Position numbers and translations under genes: made by a program. From Ignavibacteria bacterium (GTDB taxonomy: Bacteria; Bacteroidota; Ignavibacteria; Kapaibacteriales; UBA2268): a stretch of DNA of 64,000 nucleotides. Positions within the stretch are counted from its first letter, which is position 1, and every line of letters begins with the position of its first letter. Below are positions 46,945 through 58,600 of the stretch, in pieces. The stretch covers positions 7,184 through 71,183 of the forward strand of contig JAERMQ010000009.1 of the NCBI GenBank assembly GCA_016844745.1, read 5' to 3'. Under the pieces are notes generated by a model. The model saw only the letters and a list, made by a program, of their open reading frames with translations. It was not told the origin of the DNA and made no database searches.

Positions 46945-47943
46945 ATGGCATTAAAATTAGCAGTAAACGGATTCGGACGCATTGGACGATTGGTTGTCCG
47001 TGAAATTTTCAATCGCCGGGCTGATGTTGAAGTTGTCGGTATTAACGATATTACCGATGCACGTACTCTTGCCCACATTTTCAAATATGATTCGGTTCAT
47101 AGAAAATTCCCCGGCGAGGTTGCCGTTGGCGAGGGAGCTATTATTATTAATGGTACTAAAGTACCTATATCAGCCGAACGGACAATTGAAGGTATACCAT
47201 GGAAAGATGTCGATATTATTTTGGAGTCAACCGGTATTTATACGAAACGTGAAGCTTTGGATAAGTTCCTGGCAAAAGGAGCCAAAAAAGTCCTCCTTTC
47301 GGCTCCTGCAAAGGATGAATTAGATGCAACCATAGTTTTAGGAGTAAACGAAAATACACTGACCGGCAAAGAAAGACTGCTTTCTAATGCATCATGCACG
47401 ACTAACTGCTTAGCTCCTATGGTAAAGGTATTGAATGATAATTTCGGAATCGAACGAGGCTTGATGACTACTATTCATGCTTATACCAACGACCAGAGAA
47501 TTCTCGACCTGCCACATTCCGATTTACGCCGGGCGCGTTCAGCAGCCGTAAGCGCTATTCCTACGACAACAGGCGCTGCCAAAGCAGTCGGACTTGTTAT
47601 CCCTGAAATGAAGGGGAAATTGAACGGTTATGCTGTTCGTATTCCGGTTCCGGATGGTTCACTGACAGATTTAACCGCTATTCTTACCCGCACTGCAACT
47701 AAGGATGAAATCAATGCTGCAGTTAAGAAAGCAGCCGATAATGAATTGAAGGGTATTTTAGAGTATTCAACAGAGCCATTGGTTTCTGTCGATATTATAG
47801 GCAATCCGCATTCATGTATATTTGATTCGGACCTGACTCAGGTTAACGGCAATATGATAAAGGTAGTCGGTTGGTATGATAACGAATTCGGTTATTCCTG
47901 CAGAATAGTCGATTTGATATTGCTTTTGAGAAATCAGTTGTAA
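46945..47943 (+). CDS. gap: Glyceraldehyde-3-phosphate dehydrogenase (type I)
   Basis: NGFGRIGR NAD-binding motif and ASCTTNCLAP active-site Cys. 332 aa. Confidence 0.95.
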   Translation: MALKLAVNGFGRIGRLVVREIFNRRADVEVVGINDITDARTLAHIFKYDSVHRKFPGEVAVGEGAIIINGTKVPISAERTIEGIPWKDVDIILESTGIYTKREALDKFLAKGAKKVLLSAPAKDELDATIVLGVNENTLTGKERLLSNASCTTNCLAPMVKVLNDNFGIERGLMTTIHAYTNDQRILDLPHSDLRRARSAAVSAIPTTTGAAKAVGLVIPEMKGKLNGYAVRIPVPDGSLTDLTAILTRTATKDEINAAVKKAADNELKGILEYSTEPLVSVDIIGNPHSCIFDSDLTQVNGNMIKVVGWYDNEFGYSCRIVDLILLLRNQL

Positions 47944-48017
47944 TCTTTATTGTTTTTCTCAAATCTTTCGAATTGTCATTCAAGCATTAGAGATTGTGTG
48001 AAAACTATCAATAATAG

Positions 48018-48290
48018 AAGAATGTCATTCTGAACTCCAAAATAATGGAATTAATAATAATATGCAATAACAAATTCAAGAGAAATCCCCCCTACCCTCC
48101 TTTTTCAAAGGGGGATAAGAAAAATATTCTTCAATCCCCCTTTGAAAAAGGGGGGTAGGGGGGATTTCTCTAAGTTGAAATTTTTGCTAATTTTTGAATC
48201 AAGAAAAATCTGTCATTGGTAACTTGTTTCAGAGTCCAGAAGCAGCATTGGGACTGGAATCTTCACTTCGATTACGAATGACATTCTTCT
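48018..48290. repeat. Composite ~275-bp element, copy 2 (family A arms gaagaatgtcattctgaac / gaatgacattcttc enclosing the GC core and structured right half)
   Basis: Collinear with copies 1 and 3. The core at 48078-48170 is about 98% identical to 26187-26276. Confidence 0.85.
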
Positions 48291-48480
48291 TGACTTTTTA
48301 CACAACCTCATTCACAGGAATGACTATTTATATAGTATTGCTCTTTTAAATCTGTTCAAATAACTACCGTTTCATTATTTTATTGAAACGGCAGTTTTTA
48401 TAATTTGGCATTATAAAATATTTTTTTTAATTTTGTAGTCTGTATAGTTTACAAAACTATTTGATATGAAATTATTTCAT

Positions 48481-48555
<75 letters not shown>

Positions 48556-48764
48556 CGGTTTTAGAAGATAGAACATAGAAATAGAAGTAGAAGTAGGGTA
48601 AGGTTAATTTTTATTAGTACATTTTGCAATGAATACCATCATTTCATTAAAATATAAAATGGTGGTTATATGAAGCTAATATATAACAATACCAAAATAA
48701 ATATAATAAAAATCGACCTTACTCTACTTCTATGTTTTACTTCTAAGTTCTATGTTCTAAAACC

Positions 48765-48837
48765 GGGCCTATAGCTCAATTGGGAGAGCGCCAGATTTGC
48801 ATTCTGGAGGTTAGGAGTTCGAGCCTCCTTAGGTCCA
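48765..48837 (+). tRNA. tRNA-Ala (anticodon TGC) with a G3:U70 identity pair
   Basis: Acceptor gggccta/taggtcc gives the G3·U70 wobble characteristic of tRNA-Ala. Anticodon loop ttTGCat. T arm aggagttcgagcctcct. Confidence 0.8.
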
Positions 48838-48944
48838 CGGGGTTATAGAAATAGAACATAGAAAAAGAAGTAGAAAAGGTTAATTTTTAATTAACCTTTT
48901 TTTATCATATACTTAAATTTTTGGTTGAGATACAAAAACTGAAT

Positions 48945-49487
48945 TTAACCCTCATCAATCAAATACAATAAATTATCTTCAACTATGTACAGAAGCGGAG
49001 CTACAGTTATTTTAGGATATTTTAACCTTAACCGGATTGCTTCGCTTAAAATAAAATCCATTTCATTCCCTATTTCGAACATCGGTTCATATTGTTGGAA
49101 ATGTTCTTCAGCATCAGTCCTCACCCATCCTGCTTTTTCGACCAATCCACTAATGAATTGTTCCTTCCGGGATTTTAAATTCACCATACCGCAATTGTTA
49201 TGCCCGATTAGTGCTATATGCATTATTCCACCGATTGCAATGGCATAAGATATTTTGAATTCGCTGTACCTCAAATTTGCTCCTCCCGTACGAATGATAA
49301 AAGCAAAATTATCGGGTATCCGAAGATGTTTCCTATTATCCATGCACATCCCTATTAGCATTTGCGCTTCGGTGCAGATATCGAATTGGTGGTGCAGATT
49401 GTGGTATTGAAGTAATTTACCGATTGGTGTTCCGCGGTATTTTTCAATTATATCATCATTATGTCTGATTGCTATAAGTCTATCCAT
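48945..49487 (-). CDS. Beta-class carbonic anhydrase-like protein (divergent)
   Basis: CMDNR (compare C-S-D-S-R) and GHNNCGM (compare H-x-x-C-G) zinc-ligand motifs at the expected spacing. 180 aa. Confidence 0.5.
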   Translation of the reverse strand: MDRLIAIRHNDDIIEKYRGTPIGKLLQYHNLHHQFDICTEAQMLIGMCMDNRKHLRIPDNFAFIIRTGGANLRYSEFKISYAIAIGGIMHIALIGHNNCGMVNLKSRKEQFISGLVEKAGWVRTDAEEHFQQYEPMFEIGNEMDFILSEAIRLRLKYPKITVAPLLYIVEDNLLYLIDEG

Positions 49488-49562
49488 ATCAATTTCAATT
49501 TTTAAAATAACGTATCTGTTAAAAATACTAAAATAATTAATTATTTATCCGTCATAATTTAT

Positions 49563-51728
49563 TTGTTTAACTTGTTGAAAATTGTTCTAAATTTTATAAA
49601 AAATAATATGAAAAATATTTACTTCTTTCTTATTACATTATTAATGCTTTCAGGCAGCATCAGACCGGCTTGCGCACAAAATCCCGAATGGCTATTATTC
49701 ACGACAACAAATTGCCCATTACCCTCGAATTATATTTATTCCGTTTGTGTTGATAACCAGGGAAATCGCTGGATTGGCACCGATAACGGTTTAGCGAAAT
49801 TCGACGGGAAGAATTGGACCATCTATACTAAAGAAACCGGTTCATTACCGGATAATTTTATTGAGCATATTTCTGCCGACAAAACGAATAATATCTGGGT
49901 TTCCACCGACAACGGGCTTGCAAGGTTCAACGGTACCTGGAAAATTTTCGACGAATCAAACTCCATGGTACCAAATTATTATGTTTATTGTACCGTTGCC
50001 GATAACCAAAATATTAAATGGGTTGGCACCGATACTTATGGGCTGCTCAAATACGATAATACTAATTGGTCCGTATATGATTGGCTCAATTCCGATTTGC
50101 CGGATTATACTATTTTTTCTATTGCAATTGATTCGAAAAATTCGAAATGGATAGGTACTCAAGCCGGACTTACGGTATTCGACGGTAATTCCACATGGAA
50201 TACTTATGACCAAACAAACAGTCAAATTCCAAGCGATGAAGTTAATTATGTCGCCATCGATAAATCCGACGTTAAATGGCTCGGTACGAGCAATGGCGCT
50301 GCCAGATTCGACGGAAAAGCATGGACTGTTTACAATACTACCAATTCCAATTTACCTAATGATTTTATCTGGTCAACAGCTATTGATAACACAAATAATA
50401 AATGGTTTTGTACCGATTCCGGTTTGGCTAAATTTGATGGAACTACCTGGACAGTATTTACAACAGCCAATTCCGGTATGATGGATAACGTCATTCATAA
50501 CATAGCTTTTGATTCACAGGGCAATAAATGGATAGCAACCGAAACCGGATTGGCTGTTTACCGGGAGGGAGGAGTTGTTGGTATTGATAATCCTGATATT
50601 ACAGTTCAAACACCCCAGAACCTGACTCTTACCGTTAATTCTGATAACCTGTCCCTTTCATGGAAAGCCGTTCCAACGTTAGGTATAACATACAGGGTTT
50701 ACAGGAGCCAGACATCCGGTTCGAATTATACTCTAATCCGGGATACACTCAAAGCAACGATGTACAACGATTTAATCGTTCAAAAAGGAACAACCTATTA
50801 TTATGTCGTTAAGGCTTATGATGTTTCTGTTAAAAAAGAAAGTTCAGCGTCAAATGAAGTAAGCGGGAAAATAGAACAGCCGCCAAATCCACCATTAAAT
50901 TTGCGAAAAATTACCGATTCCCTGATTATTTCATTAGCATGGGATGCAAGTTCAACACCGTCGGTTGTTTACAGGATTTACAGAAGTGAGACTAAGGGAA
51001 ATAATTACAAACGCATAAAAGATAGTATTTCTTCTTTGTTCTTTATCGACAATTCTGCAAAAGAAGGAATTACATATTATTATTTTGTAGTATCATATCT
51101 TCCTGCAAAGCAAATACAAAGCATTCCTTCTAACGAAGTATCAGCCAATTTACGCATGCCTCCTTTATCACCGGATGCACCTAAAAATTTGCGGTTAATA
51201 AACGATACAACATATATAGAACTTGCCTGGGATGAATACCAAATGCAAAATATTGTTTATAGACTTTATAGAAGCGAAACTAAAGGTTCGGGATATGTAT
51301 TAATCAAGAATGCTATTACAGCTACATCATTTACCGATAGCAGCATAAAAAAAGGAATTATATACTATTATGTCGTTAAATCCTATAATACATTAACAAA
51401 ACTCGAAAGCACTGCTTCGAATGAAGTAACAGCTTCAATAAAAACTGCCGGCATAGATGATTACTCAATTAGGGAATGTTATCAAATATATTTAAATCAG
51501 TCAAACCTAACTTTGGAATTAAAATCGTGTTTTAAACTTCATGGCAATATTACGTTAACTCTTTTTGATTTGCTTGGTAATATAGTACTCAAAAAATCGT
51601 TATTCGTAGCTCAACCGGAGAATGTTAGCTTTTCCGAAATTATTAGCTGTACATCAATTGGAATGTATTTTTATTTGATTACCGGAGGTTCGGAAATAAT
51701 TTCCGGAAATGTTTCATATCTGAATTAA
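49563..51728 (+). CDS. Secreted protein with about 8 Reg_prop beta-propeller repeats, 3 fibronectin-III-like domains and a T9SS C-terminal domain
   Basis: Repeated NxWIGTDNGLAKFDGxxWTxY units. Three ~95-aa repeats with VYRIYRSETKG…YYYVV. C-terminal CTD-like tail. The likely start is the internal Met at about 49608. Confidence 0.6.
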   Translation: MFNLLKIVLNFIKNNMKNIYFFLITLLMLSGSIRPACAQNPEWLLFTTTNCPLPSNYIYSVCVDNQGNRWIGTDNGLAKFDGKNWTIYTKETGSLPDNFIEHISADKTNNIWVSTDNGLARFNGTWKIFDESNSMVPNYYVYCTVADNQNIKWVGTDTYGLLKYDNTNWSVYDWLNSDLPDYTIFSIAIDSKNSKWIGTQAGLTVFDGNSTWNTYDQTNSQIPSDEVNYVAIDKSDVKWLGTSNGAARFDGKAWTVYNTTNSNLPNDFIWSTAIDNTNNKWFCTDSGLAKFDGTTWTVFTTANSGMMDNVIHNIAFDSQGNKWIATETGLAVYREGGVVGIDNPDITVQTPQNLTLTVNSDNLSLSWKAVPTLGITYRVYRSQTSGSNYTLIRDTLKATMYNDLIVQKGTTYYYVVKAYDVSVKKESSASNEVSGKIEQPPNPPLNLRKITDSLIISLAWDASSTPSVVYRIYRSETKGNNYKRIKDSISSLFFIDNSAKEGITYYYFVVSYLPAKQIQSIPSNEVSANLRMPPLSPDAPKNLRLINDTTYIELAWDEYQMQNIVYRLYRSETKGSGYVLIKNAITATSFTDSSIKKGIIYYYVVKSYNTLTKLESTASNEVTASIKTAGIDDYSIRECYQIYLNQSNLTLELKSCFKLHGNITLTLFDLLGNIVLKKSLFVAQPENVSFSEIISCTSIGMYFYLITGGSEIISGNVSYLN

Positions 51729-51816
51729 AGAATTTCATTGAATTTCAGTTTCATTTTGTTATATTACAATATTAAGAAAATGAAATATAAGTTCTTTATT
51801 TTGGAAAGTTAATGAT

Positions 51817-52824
51817 ATGAAGCATCGCTACCAATCTTATCAAAATGATGAAGATGTTACCGGAATTAATGAAATAGCTTATGCATTCCAAAAAAGCAAG
51901 GTGTTGCTCACTGCATGTGAGCTTGGTATATTCAATATAATAGGAGATTCAGAGAAATCCTTCAAAGAAGTTGCAAACGAAATCGAAGCTGATGAAAGGG
52001 CAACCGACCGTCTTTTGAATGCTTTATGCTCATTGTCATACCTGAACAAACAAAATAACAGATTCTCAAATACACTCATTACCAAGCGATTCTTCGTAAA
52101 AGGTTCGCAGGATTACTCCGGCGCTATGATTCACATGCTTCATCTATGGGACCGTTGGGGAACCCTTACGGAAGCAATTAAACTTGGAACCTCAGTTAAA
52201 TACGATGATATTAGCGAAAAATCCGAAGAATGGATTGATTCCTATCTAACTTCGATGCATTGGAATGCAAAACTTCACGCTGCAGAACTTATCGAATATA
52301 TTAATTTAAATGAAGTAAACAGGGCTTTGGATCTTGGCTGCGGCTCAGGAGTTTATGGGATTGAATTTGTTCGTGCAAAGCACGACATTTCCGTTACTTG
52401 CTTCGACCTGCCTGAAATCGTTCCGATTACACAAAGGTATGTTGATGAATCCGGTTTTAGTTCATCAATTAAAGTAGTTGGTGGAGATTTCTTCAAGGAT
52501 GATATCGGAAAAGAATATGACCTTGTATTCCTTTCGAATGTATTACAGAATTATACCATTTGGGAAAGCCTTGACTTGCTCAAGCATATGTATAGCAGTT
52601 TAAGAATTGGCGGGCGATTGGTTGTTCATGAAAGAGTTTCCGAAGAAGATAGAATTCATCCGACTGAAAACGCTTTATTTTCATTAAACTTGCTTGTTAA
52701 TACCAAAGCAGGCGATACTATGACAGCAACGGATATTTGGATTATCATGAAAGAATCCTGGTTTGCTGATATCGAACGCATTGATACATCCTTCAACTCT
52801 TCTGTAATTATCGGAAAGAAGTAG
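51817..52824 (+). CDS. Class I SAM-dependent O-methyltransferase (family 2, with an N-terminal dimerisation domain)
   Basis: LDLGCGSGVYGIEF motif I, acidic motif II VTCFDLPE, about 335 aa. Confidence 0.75.
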   Translation: MKHRYQSYQNDEDVTGINEIAYAFQKSKVLLTACELGIFNIIGDSEKSFKEVANEIEADERATDRLLNALCSLSYLNKQNNRFSNTLITKRFFVKGSQDYSGAMIHMLHLWDRWGTLTEAIKLGTSVKYDDISEKSEEWIDSYLTSMHWNAKLHAAELIEYINLNEVNRALDLGCGSGVYGIEFVRAKHDISVTCFDLPEIVPITQRYVDESGFSSSIKVVGGDFFKDDIGKEYDLVFLSNVLQNYTIWESLDLLKHMYSSLRIGGRLVVHERVSEEDRIHPTENALFSLNLLVNTKAGDTMTATDIWIIMKESWFADIERIDTSFNSSVIIGKK

Positions 52825-52891
52825 TATTTAATACCAAGTTGCGTTCAAACAGACATTCTTGTCTGTTTGAACGCAACTTGGTATAATACTA

Positions 52892-54148
52892 TCAAATAAC
52901 ATCAAACTTGCAGTAAGGGCGCAATACCTCCGGTACAATGACTTTACCACCGGAATAATAATTCTCTAAAATTGCCACCATAATGCGGGATGTTGCCAAA
53001 CCGCTTCCATTCAAAGTATGGACGAATTCCGGCTTTGACTGTGGATTCCTTTTAAACCTGATATTAGCTCGTCGTGCCTGAAAATCTTCGAAATTCGAGC
53101 AGCTTGATACCTCCAGCCATAATTGTTCTCCCGGAGACCATACTTCCAGATCATAAGTCTTGGCGCTTGAAAAACTTGTATCCCCACTGCATAGCAATAT
53201 AGTTCTGAATGGTAATTCAAGCATTTTTAAAATATCTTCGGCGTCCCGTGTTAATGACTCAAGCTCATCATAAGAATTTTCAGGTGTGGAAAGTTTGACC
53301 ATTTCAACTTTATTGAATTGATGAACCCGCAAGAAACCGTGAACGTCCTTGCCATGGCTTCCGGCTTCCCGCCTGAAACAAGGTGAATAGCCGCATACTT
53401 TAACCGGAAAGTCTTCAAATTTTATCATATCCCCTGCAAAGTAATTTGTCAATGGAACCTCAGCAGTTGGTATAAGATACATATCATCTTCGGGAGCATG
53501 GTACATATCTTCTTTCATTTTTGGTAATTGCCCGGTACCCCTCATTGAAGCAGCATTAACAATAAAAGGGGGCATAAGCTCGGTGTAGCCGTGTTTGCTT
53601 AAATGGGTCTCTATCATGAAATTAATTAATGCACGCTCGAGGGCGGCTCCTTTTCCAACGTAAAAGGCAAATCCTGAACCGCTAACCTTAGCTCCTCTTT
53701 CAAAATCGAGAATATTGAGCGATTTCGAAATATCAAGATGATTCAAATCAACCTTATCTTTAAGAGTTCCCCAATTCCGTACAGTTGCGTTTTCCTGCGG
53801 TCCTTTGCCTATTGGAACCGAAGAATGAACCATATTTGGTATTCTAAGCAGCAACTCGTTTTGTTCTGTTTCTATTTGCCGTAAATCTTCATCTAATAAT
53901 TTAATTTTATCGGATACCTGGCGCATGGCTTCTATTTGAGCATCTGCATTCTCTTTGGCTTTTTTCATTTTAGCAATTTCATCGGAGACGACATTGCGCT
54001 GATTTTTTAGTTGTTCTACTTCGCCGATAATGCTGCGGCGTCGTCCGTCAAATTCAAGAATAAGGTCAATCGAGCCTGATTCGTTTTTGCTGTTAATATT
54101 TTCCCTTACGGCATCGGTATTTTCGCGAATAAATTTTAGGTCAAGCAT
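52892..54148 (-). CDS. serS: Seryl-tRNA synthetase
   Basis: N-terminal coiled coil followed by class II motifs (…FRREAGS…GLATSRIMVAILENY). 418 aa. Confidence 0.93.
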   Translation of the reverse strand: MLDLKFIRENTDAVRENINSKNESGSIDLILEFDGRRRSIIGEVEQLKNQRNVVSDEIAKMKKAKENADAQIEAMRQVSDKIKLLDEDLRQIETEQNELLLRIPNMVHSSVPIGKGPQENATVRNWGTLKDKVDLNHLDISKSLNILDFERGAKVSGSGFAFYVGKGAALERALINFMIETHLSKHGYTELMPPFIVNAASMRGTGQLPKMKEDMYHAPEDDMYLIPTAEVPLTNYFAGDMIKFEDFPVKVCGYSPCFRREAGSHGKDVHGFLRVHQFNKVEMVKLSTPENSYDELESLTRDAEDILKMLELPFRTILLCSGDTSFSSAKTYDLEVWSPGEQLWLEVSSCSNFEDFQARRANIRFKRNPQSKPEFVHTLNGSGLATSRIMVAILENYYSGGKVIVPEVLRPYCKFDVI

Positions 54149-54294
54149 AAATTTTCATAGTTAATAAATAAATATTTACAAAATTAATCAATAGCTGTAA
54201 GAGCAGCAAAGAATAAGACAAAGTTTTATTCTTTGAACGACACAAAAAAGAGGGACATCTGCCCCTCTTTTAAAAGAATAAACTTTTCGATTTT

Positions 54295-55446
54295 TTATTG
54301 GAAGTCAACCAGCATTGAAAATCTCATTGTATTAGCCAATGGATGGTTTGTTTCAATAGTATTGATAAAGCTGAAGTCCAAACGGAATATACTGTAACGT
54401 ACACCTGCACCGAAATTATAATACTTCCTGCCCCCTAAAGCATCCGGTTCCGTAAAATAACCGAATCGTCCGGCAACTACTTTTTCGTACCAATATTCCA
54501 AACCGAAAGCAAATTCGGCGCCTGGATTTTCCCAGCCTGAGACTAATGATTTGGGAAGTGCGTCCGAGCTGCCGTCTATGTTTCTTTTTATAAGAAGTTT
54601 GGACATATCTCCTGCTATTTTTAAATCATTAAATTCATCTTCGAAAATCTTAAATGCCAATCCCAAACGTAACGTAGTTGGTAATGGGTCGGACATACTG
54701 CGATAAGTCATTTTGGGTCCGACATTCTGCAGGTTCAAACCAACAGAAAATATATCCCCGCATTCAACACCGAATACATCGAGTTGTTTGGGTTTCCATA
54801 GTAATCCGAGGTCGAATGAACCGCTTTGTCCTGTACCGGCTGTTGTTTGTCCCTGAGCGGCTGGAGCAAGATTCGAACGTATATATTTTAATTGAAACCC
54901 TACGCCGAAATCAGTTGCAACAATAGCACCGTAAGATATTCCTAATGCGAATTCATTGGAAATAAACTTGCCAAGCTGCCTTCCATCAACCGCTGTTCTT
55001 ATGAACTCACCAAGATGCATAAAAATAAAATTGCATGCTACGGTTCCATCTAATTCTTCAAAGTATCTGCCAACGTTTATATAACTGTAATACAGGTCTG
55101 CATTGAATTGCGGCAGCCATGGACTATAAGCAATTGACGATTGAAAATATGGTGGCGGCTCCTCATCACTGCCCGCAGTGGTCGGCAACTCGTAATATTG
55201 AAGAAATCCAAGACCACCCGGATTCCAATAAATAGCATTGATATCATCGGCAATTGCCGTACCAACTTCACCCATGCCACTTGCCCTGGCATCAGGCGAG
55301 ATTCTTAAGAAAGGTACTGCGGTACCGCCTCCCTGAGCTTTTAAATCGGGCATTACAGCTAAAAAAATACTTGTTGCAAAAGCAATAATTATTAATTTGC
55401 GGCTTATTTTCATTAGTTTCAAACTCCCAGACAAAAATTGTCTCAT
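54295..55446 (-). CDS. porV: T9SS outer-membrane beta-barrel protein of the PorV/PorQ family
   Basis: N-terminal SPDARASGMGEVGTAIADDINAIYWNPGGLGFL block characteristic of the PorV/LptO family. 383 aa. Immediately downstream of a PorU-like gene. Confidence 0.6.
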   Translation of the reverse strand: MRQFLSGSLKLMKISRKLIIIAFATSIFLAVMPDLKAQGGGTAVPFLRISPDARASGMGEVGTAIADDINAIYWNPGGLGFLQYYELPTTAGSDEEPPPYFQSSIAYSPWLPQFNADLYYSYINVGRYFEELDGTVACNFIFMHLGEFIRTAVDGRQLGKFISNEFALGISYGAIVATDFGVGFQLKYIRSNLAPAAQGQTTAGTGQSGSFDLGLLWKPKQLDVFGVECGDIFSVGLNLQNVGPKMTYRSMSDPLPTTLRLGLAFKIFEDEFNDLKIAGDMSKLLIKRNIDGSSDALPKSLVSGWENPGAEFAFGLEYWYEKVVAGRFGYFTEPDALGGRKYYNFGAGVRYSIFRLDFSFINTIETNHPLANTMRFSMLVDFQ

Positions 55447-55623
55447 AATATTATTAATTAACGTGTTATTCTTTTTTTTATTTCTTACTTTAAGCTGTTT
55501 CTACCTTATTTCATAACATTTTCATCAAATTTTCTAATTCTTAAGCAATTTTCTTACCAATTTTTTCATTTTTTTACATCTGTTCTATTCAGGTCTTCTT
55601 TTATTTTGTATTCAATCTCAATC

Positions 55624-58600
55624 TTACTTCACAATTGATAAAATTCCCGGTTTGGAACCAGAATTTCCTTTAGACCCGTAAATAGTCAGGTTGAAATAAT
55701 AGATGCCTTGAGACAAGGGAATCAATATACCTTCCGAAGAAATATCAGATTGATAAGGTGTATTTACAGTTTGCCTGATTTGCCCGACTTTATCTCCAAG
55801 AGCAGAATAAATATCGATTTGGGCATTAAAAGGAGGAGAAACATTATGCTCGAATCTGAAAGTTGTAATATCAGCAGCAGGATTCGGGAAGCAAATCAGG
55901 TTATTAATTACTATTCCGTCTTCTTCCGGCTGAATATTGAAATAAGTTGTTTCTTCTGAAAAATTATTGAACACGTCCCATGCCCTTACTTTAATTGCGT
56001 GCAATCCTGAACCCAGTCCGTAAATATAATCGACGACCGAACCGCCCTTAGGATTGACCAAAGAAGTCTCGAATTTATCTGTTAAATCAATTGACTCTGA
56101 ATTATCATCAACCCAGGCTTCTATTTTATGTCCGATGCCTCTTCCTGTAGTATTGATCCCGCTTTCATCCTCCAAATCGACTATTAATAGGGGGTTTTTA
56201 CGAACAGTCGAATAGGGCAAAAACTTTCGTGAATCTAAATATAGTGATATTTTGGGACCATTATTATCAGGATTAATCCCGGAAACCAAACCTTGAATAA
56301 CAAAATTCCGATAGCTTCCCTTAGCAAAGCGGGAATCGTCCGAATATCCGTAAGACATGAACCTGCCTGTATTGGCGCTATAAGAAATATCCTTCGGTAT
56401 GATAAACCTGGCTGAGAATTTCCCATTTTGAATCTTATAAAAGCTTCTGTTTAATGCGCTGCCAAATTTCTCAATATGTGCAAGAGTGCCGTCATAATCA
56501 TCTTTGGCTATCAATTGCACATCACCGTCAAGCATAGCAGTTATAGCAACGCCGTTAAAACTTTCGTCAACAGCTTTTCCATTTATCTTCAAAACAGCCC
56601 CCGAAATATTAATATTTTGAAGAGCTTTGAATTTGACCGTGTCGGGAAGGTCTTTCAATGCAATACCATCAATAGAATCGATGACTATTTTTTGAGTTGG
56701 TATGATAAGTCTCATCGAAGGGTCGCCGAGAAGATAGAACTTCTGGTCATTAACGCTTGAATTTTGTTGTTTGGTTTGAAATAAAGCTTCACCTATTGTA
56801 GGATATTGACCGGTGAGACTATCCTGCCTGAATAGCATTTCTATATATAGCTTGTTTATTGCAAAATTCTCTGAGGCAAATACTGAACGAGAAGCAGAAA
56901 ATACACCAATAGAGCCGCCAATTGGGCTTAGGAAGAGCTTTTCAGCACCGCTTTGAACCTCCGGTTTGTCGAATCTGCCGAAATCGCATGTAGCCGCACA
57001 TGTAAAGAATAATTTATCGTAATTAACCATTAAAGGAATTGTATTATCCCTTTCGAGAAGTTCTTCATGAGCCCAAACTCTCGGATTTCCATGACCTATC
57101 CAATTCAGGAATAATGTACCGGAGTTATTGATTTTATTCAGCATTTCTTTCTGAGCAGTTGACTTCCGTCTGCCTCCAGGTATGTTGTCGGTCTTATACT
57201 CAACAAGATATATTTTATTTTGCTGAAAATAATCGGGTAACAATCCGGCAAGGGCTTCGGATTGATTACTAAAGGTATCATTATTGTCTTGGTCTCCCCC
57301 AAAGCTGTCGTCGGCAAGAAAGGTAATACTGGTTCTCCAATTATCTTTAGATGAAGATTCTTCGTAATGCTTTATTTTTTCAAGAACGGTAGTGCCGTTA
57401 TTATTCGATGAAACGGGAATTCTTCCGATAACCATATCGGGGAGGGCATCCCAATCTCCGCCTGCCAGCCGGACAAAGTAGTCATCACAAGGATAAGAAC
57501 CCAGGTTATCAAATGAAGTCGTCTCTATAGTTTCGTAGGGAGGTATATGGTTCTTTGAATTAGTAGTAATGTTTTTATAATCATAATGACCACTACCCCA
57601 AAGGATGACAAATTCAGGTGATTTTTTCCAATGGTTTATGGTATATGATAAAAAATCACGTATTGCAGTTGGGTCTTGTATTCCACCGGCAAATTCATTA
57701 TAAATATGTTCCGTTGAAATAACATAACCCTTTAAGCCATTGTGTTTGGAACGGTAATTTTTGTAATTCTCTGCCGATTCGAGTAAATAGGGCGAAGAAA
57801 TGATAACAAAGTCGCAATCTGTCGTATCGTTTCTCAAATAACCAAAACCGGTTTTTTCAATTGAAGGTTTCAGGAAAACCGACGATACAAAAAATCTTTC
57901 GGGTTTTTCTTTTAGTAATTCTTTGCGAATAATGTACATCCCGCCTGTAGAGGCGCAATTGGTTAGAAGAATGGGATTGGACTTGTCCGTTACATCGAAT
58001 CCTAATATTTCGCTGCCGCCGAAAGAATTGATAGTAATTTCCGTTGGTCCGTTCCAAGAAGTATCCGAGAAAAATGAAATTGTATCGTTAATCGGAACCA
58101 AGCTTCTGGAATATTGGATTTCATAATAATCAAAAAAAGAAGTAGCGGCATTTCCCTTAGGATTAGTATATTCGAATCGAAGCATGCAAAGATTATCCTG
58201 CGAAATTTTTGATGCAGGCATATATGCTGTACTTTCAACACAATAAGCATCATCTGATGTGCCTGGAATACTAATTGTTGTTATCAGGAAATCCTTTTCG
58301 AAAACTTTAAATTCGCCCTGAGAATCTGACCTGTGAGCCAAGGAAAAACGGAATAATATATCGTTATTTCTATCAAGATTAGGAAGTGTAATGGTTGACA
58401 TAGTGGTTGGATTTTGTCGACCGAACCATGTTCTTCCCGAACCGATAATATAAGGATTATTTAACTCTTCCTCAAAAAATATTCGCTCAATATAATTAAC
58501 AGGCTTAATAAAAGAATTAGCGGTTGCCGGTTGTTGAGGGATTGCTCTCCTGCCATCCCGGCCACCCCAAGTAAGCAGGTAAGAATTTTTTGTGCTGTAA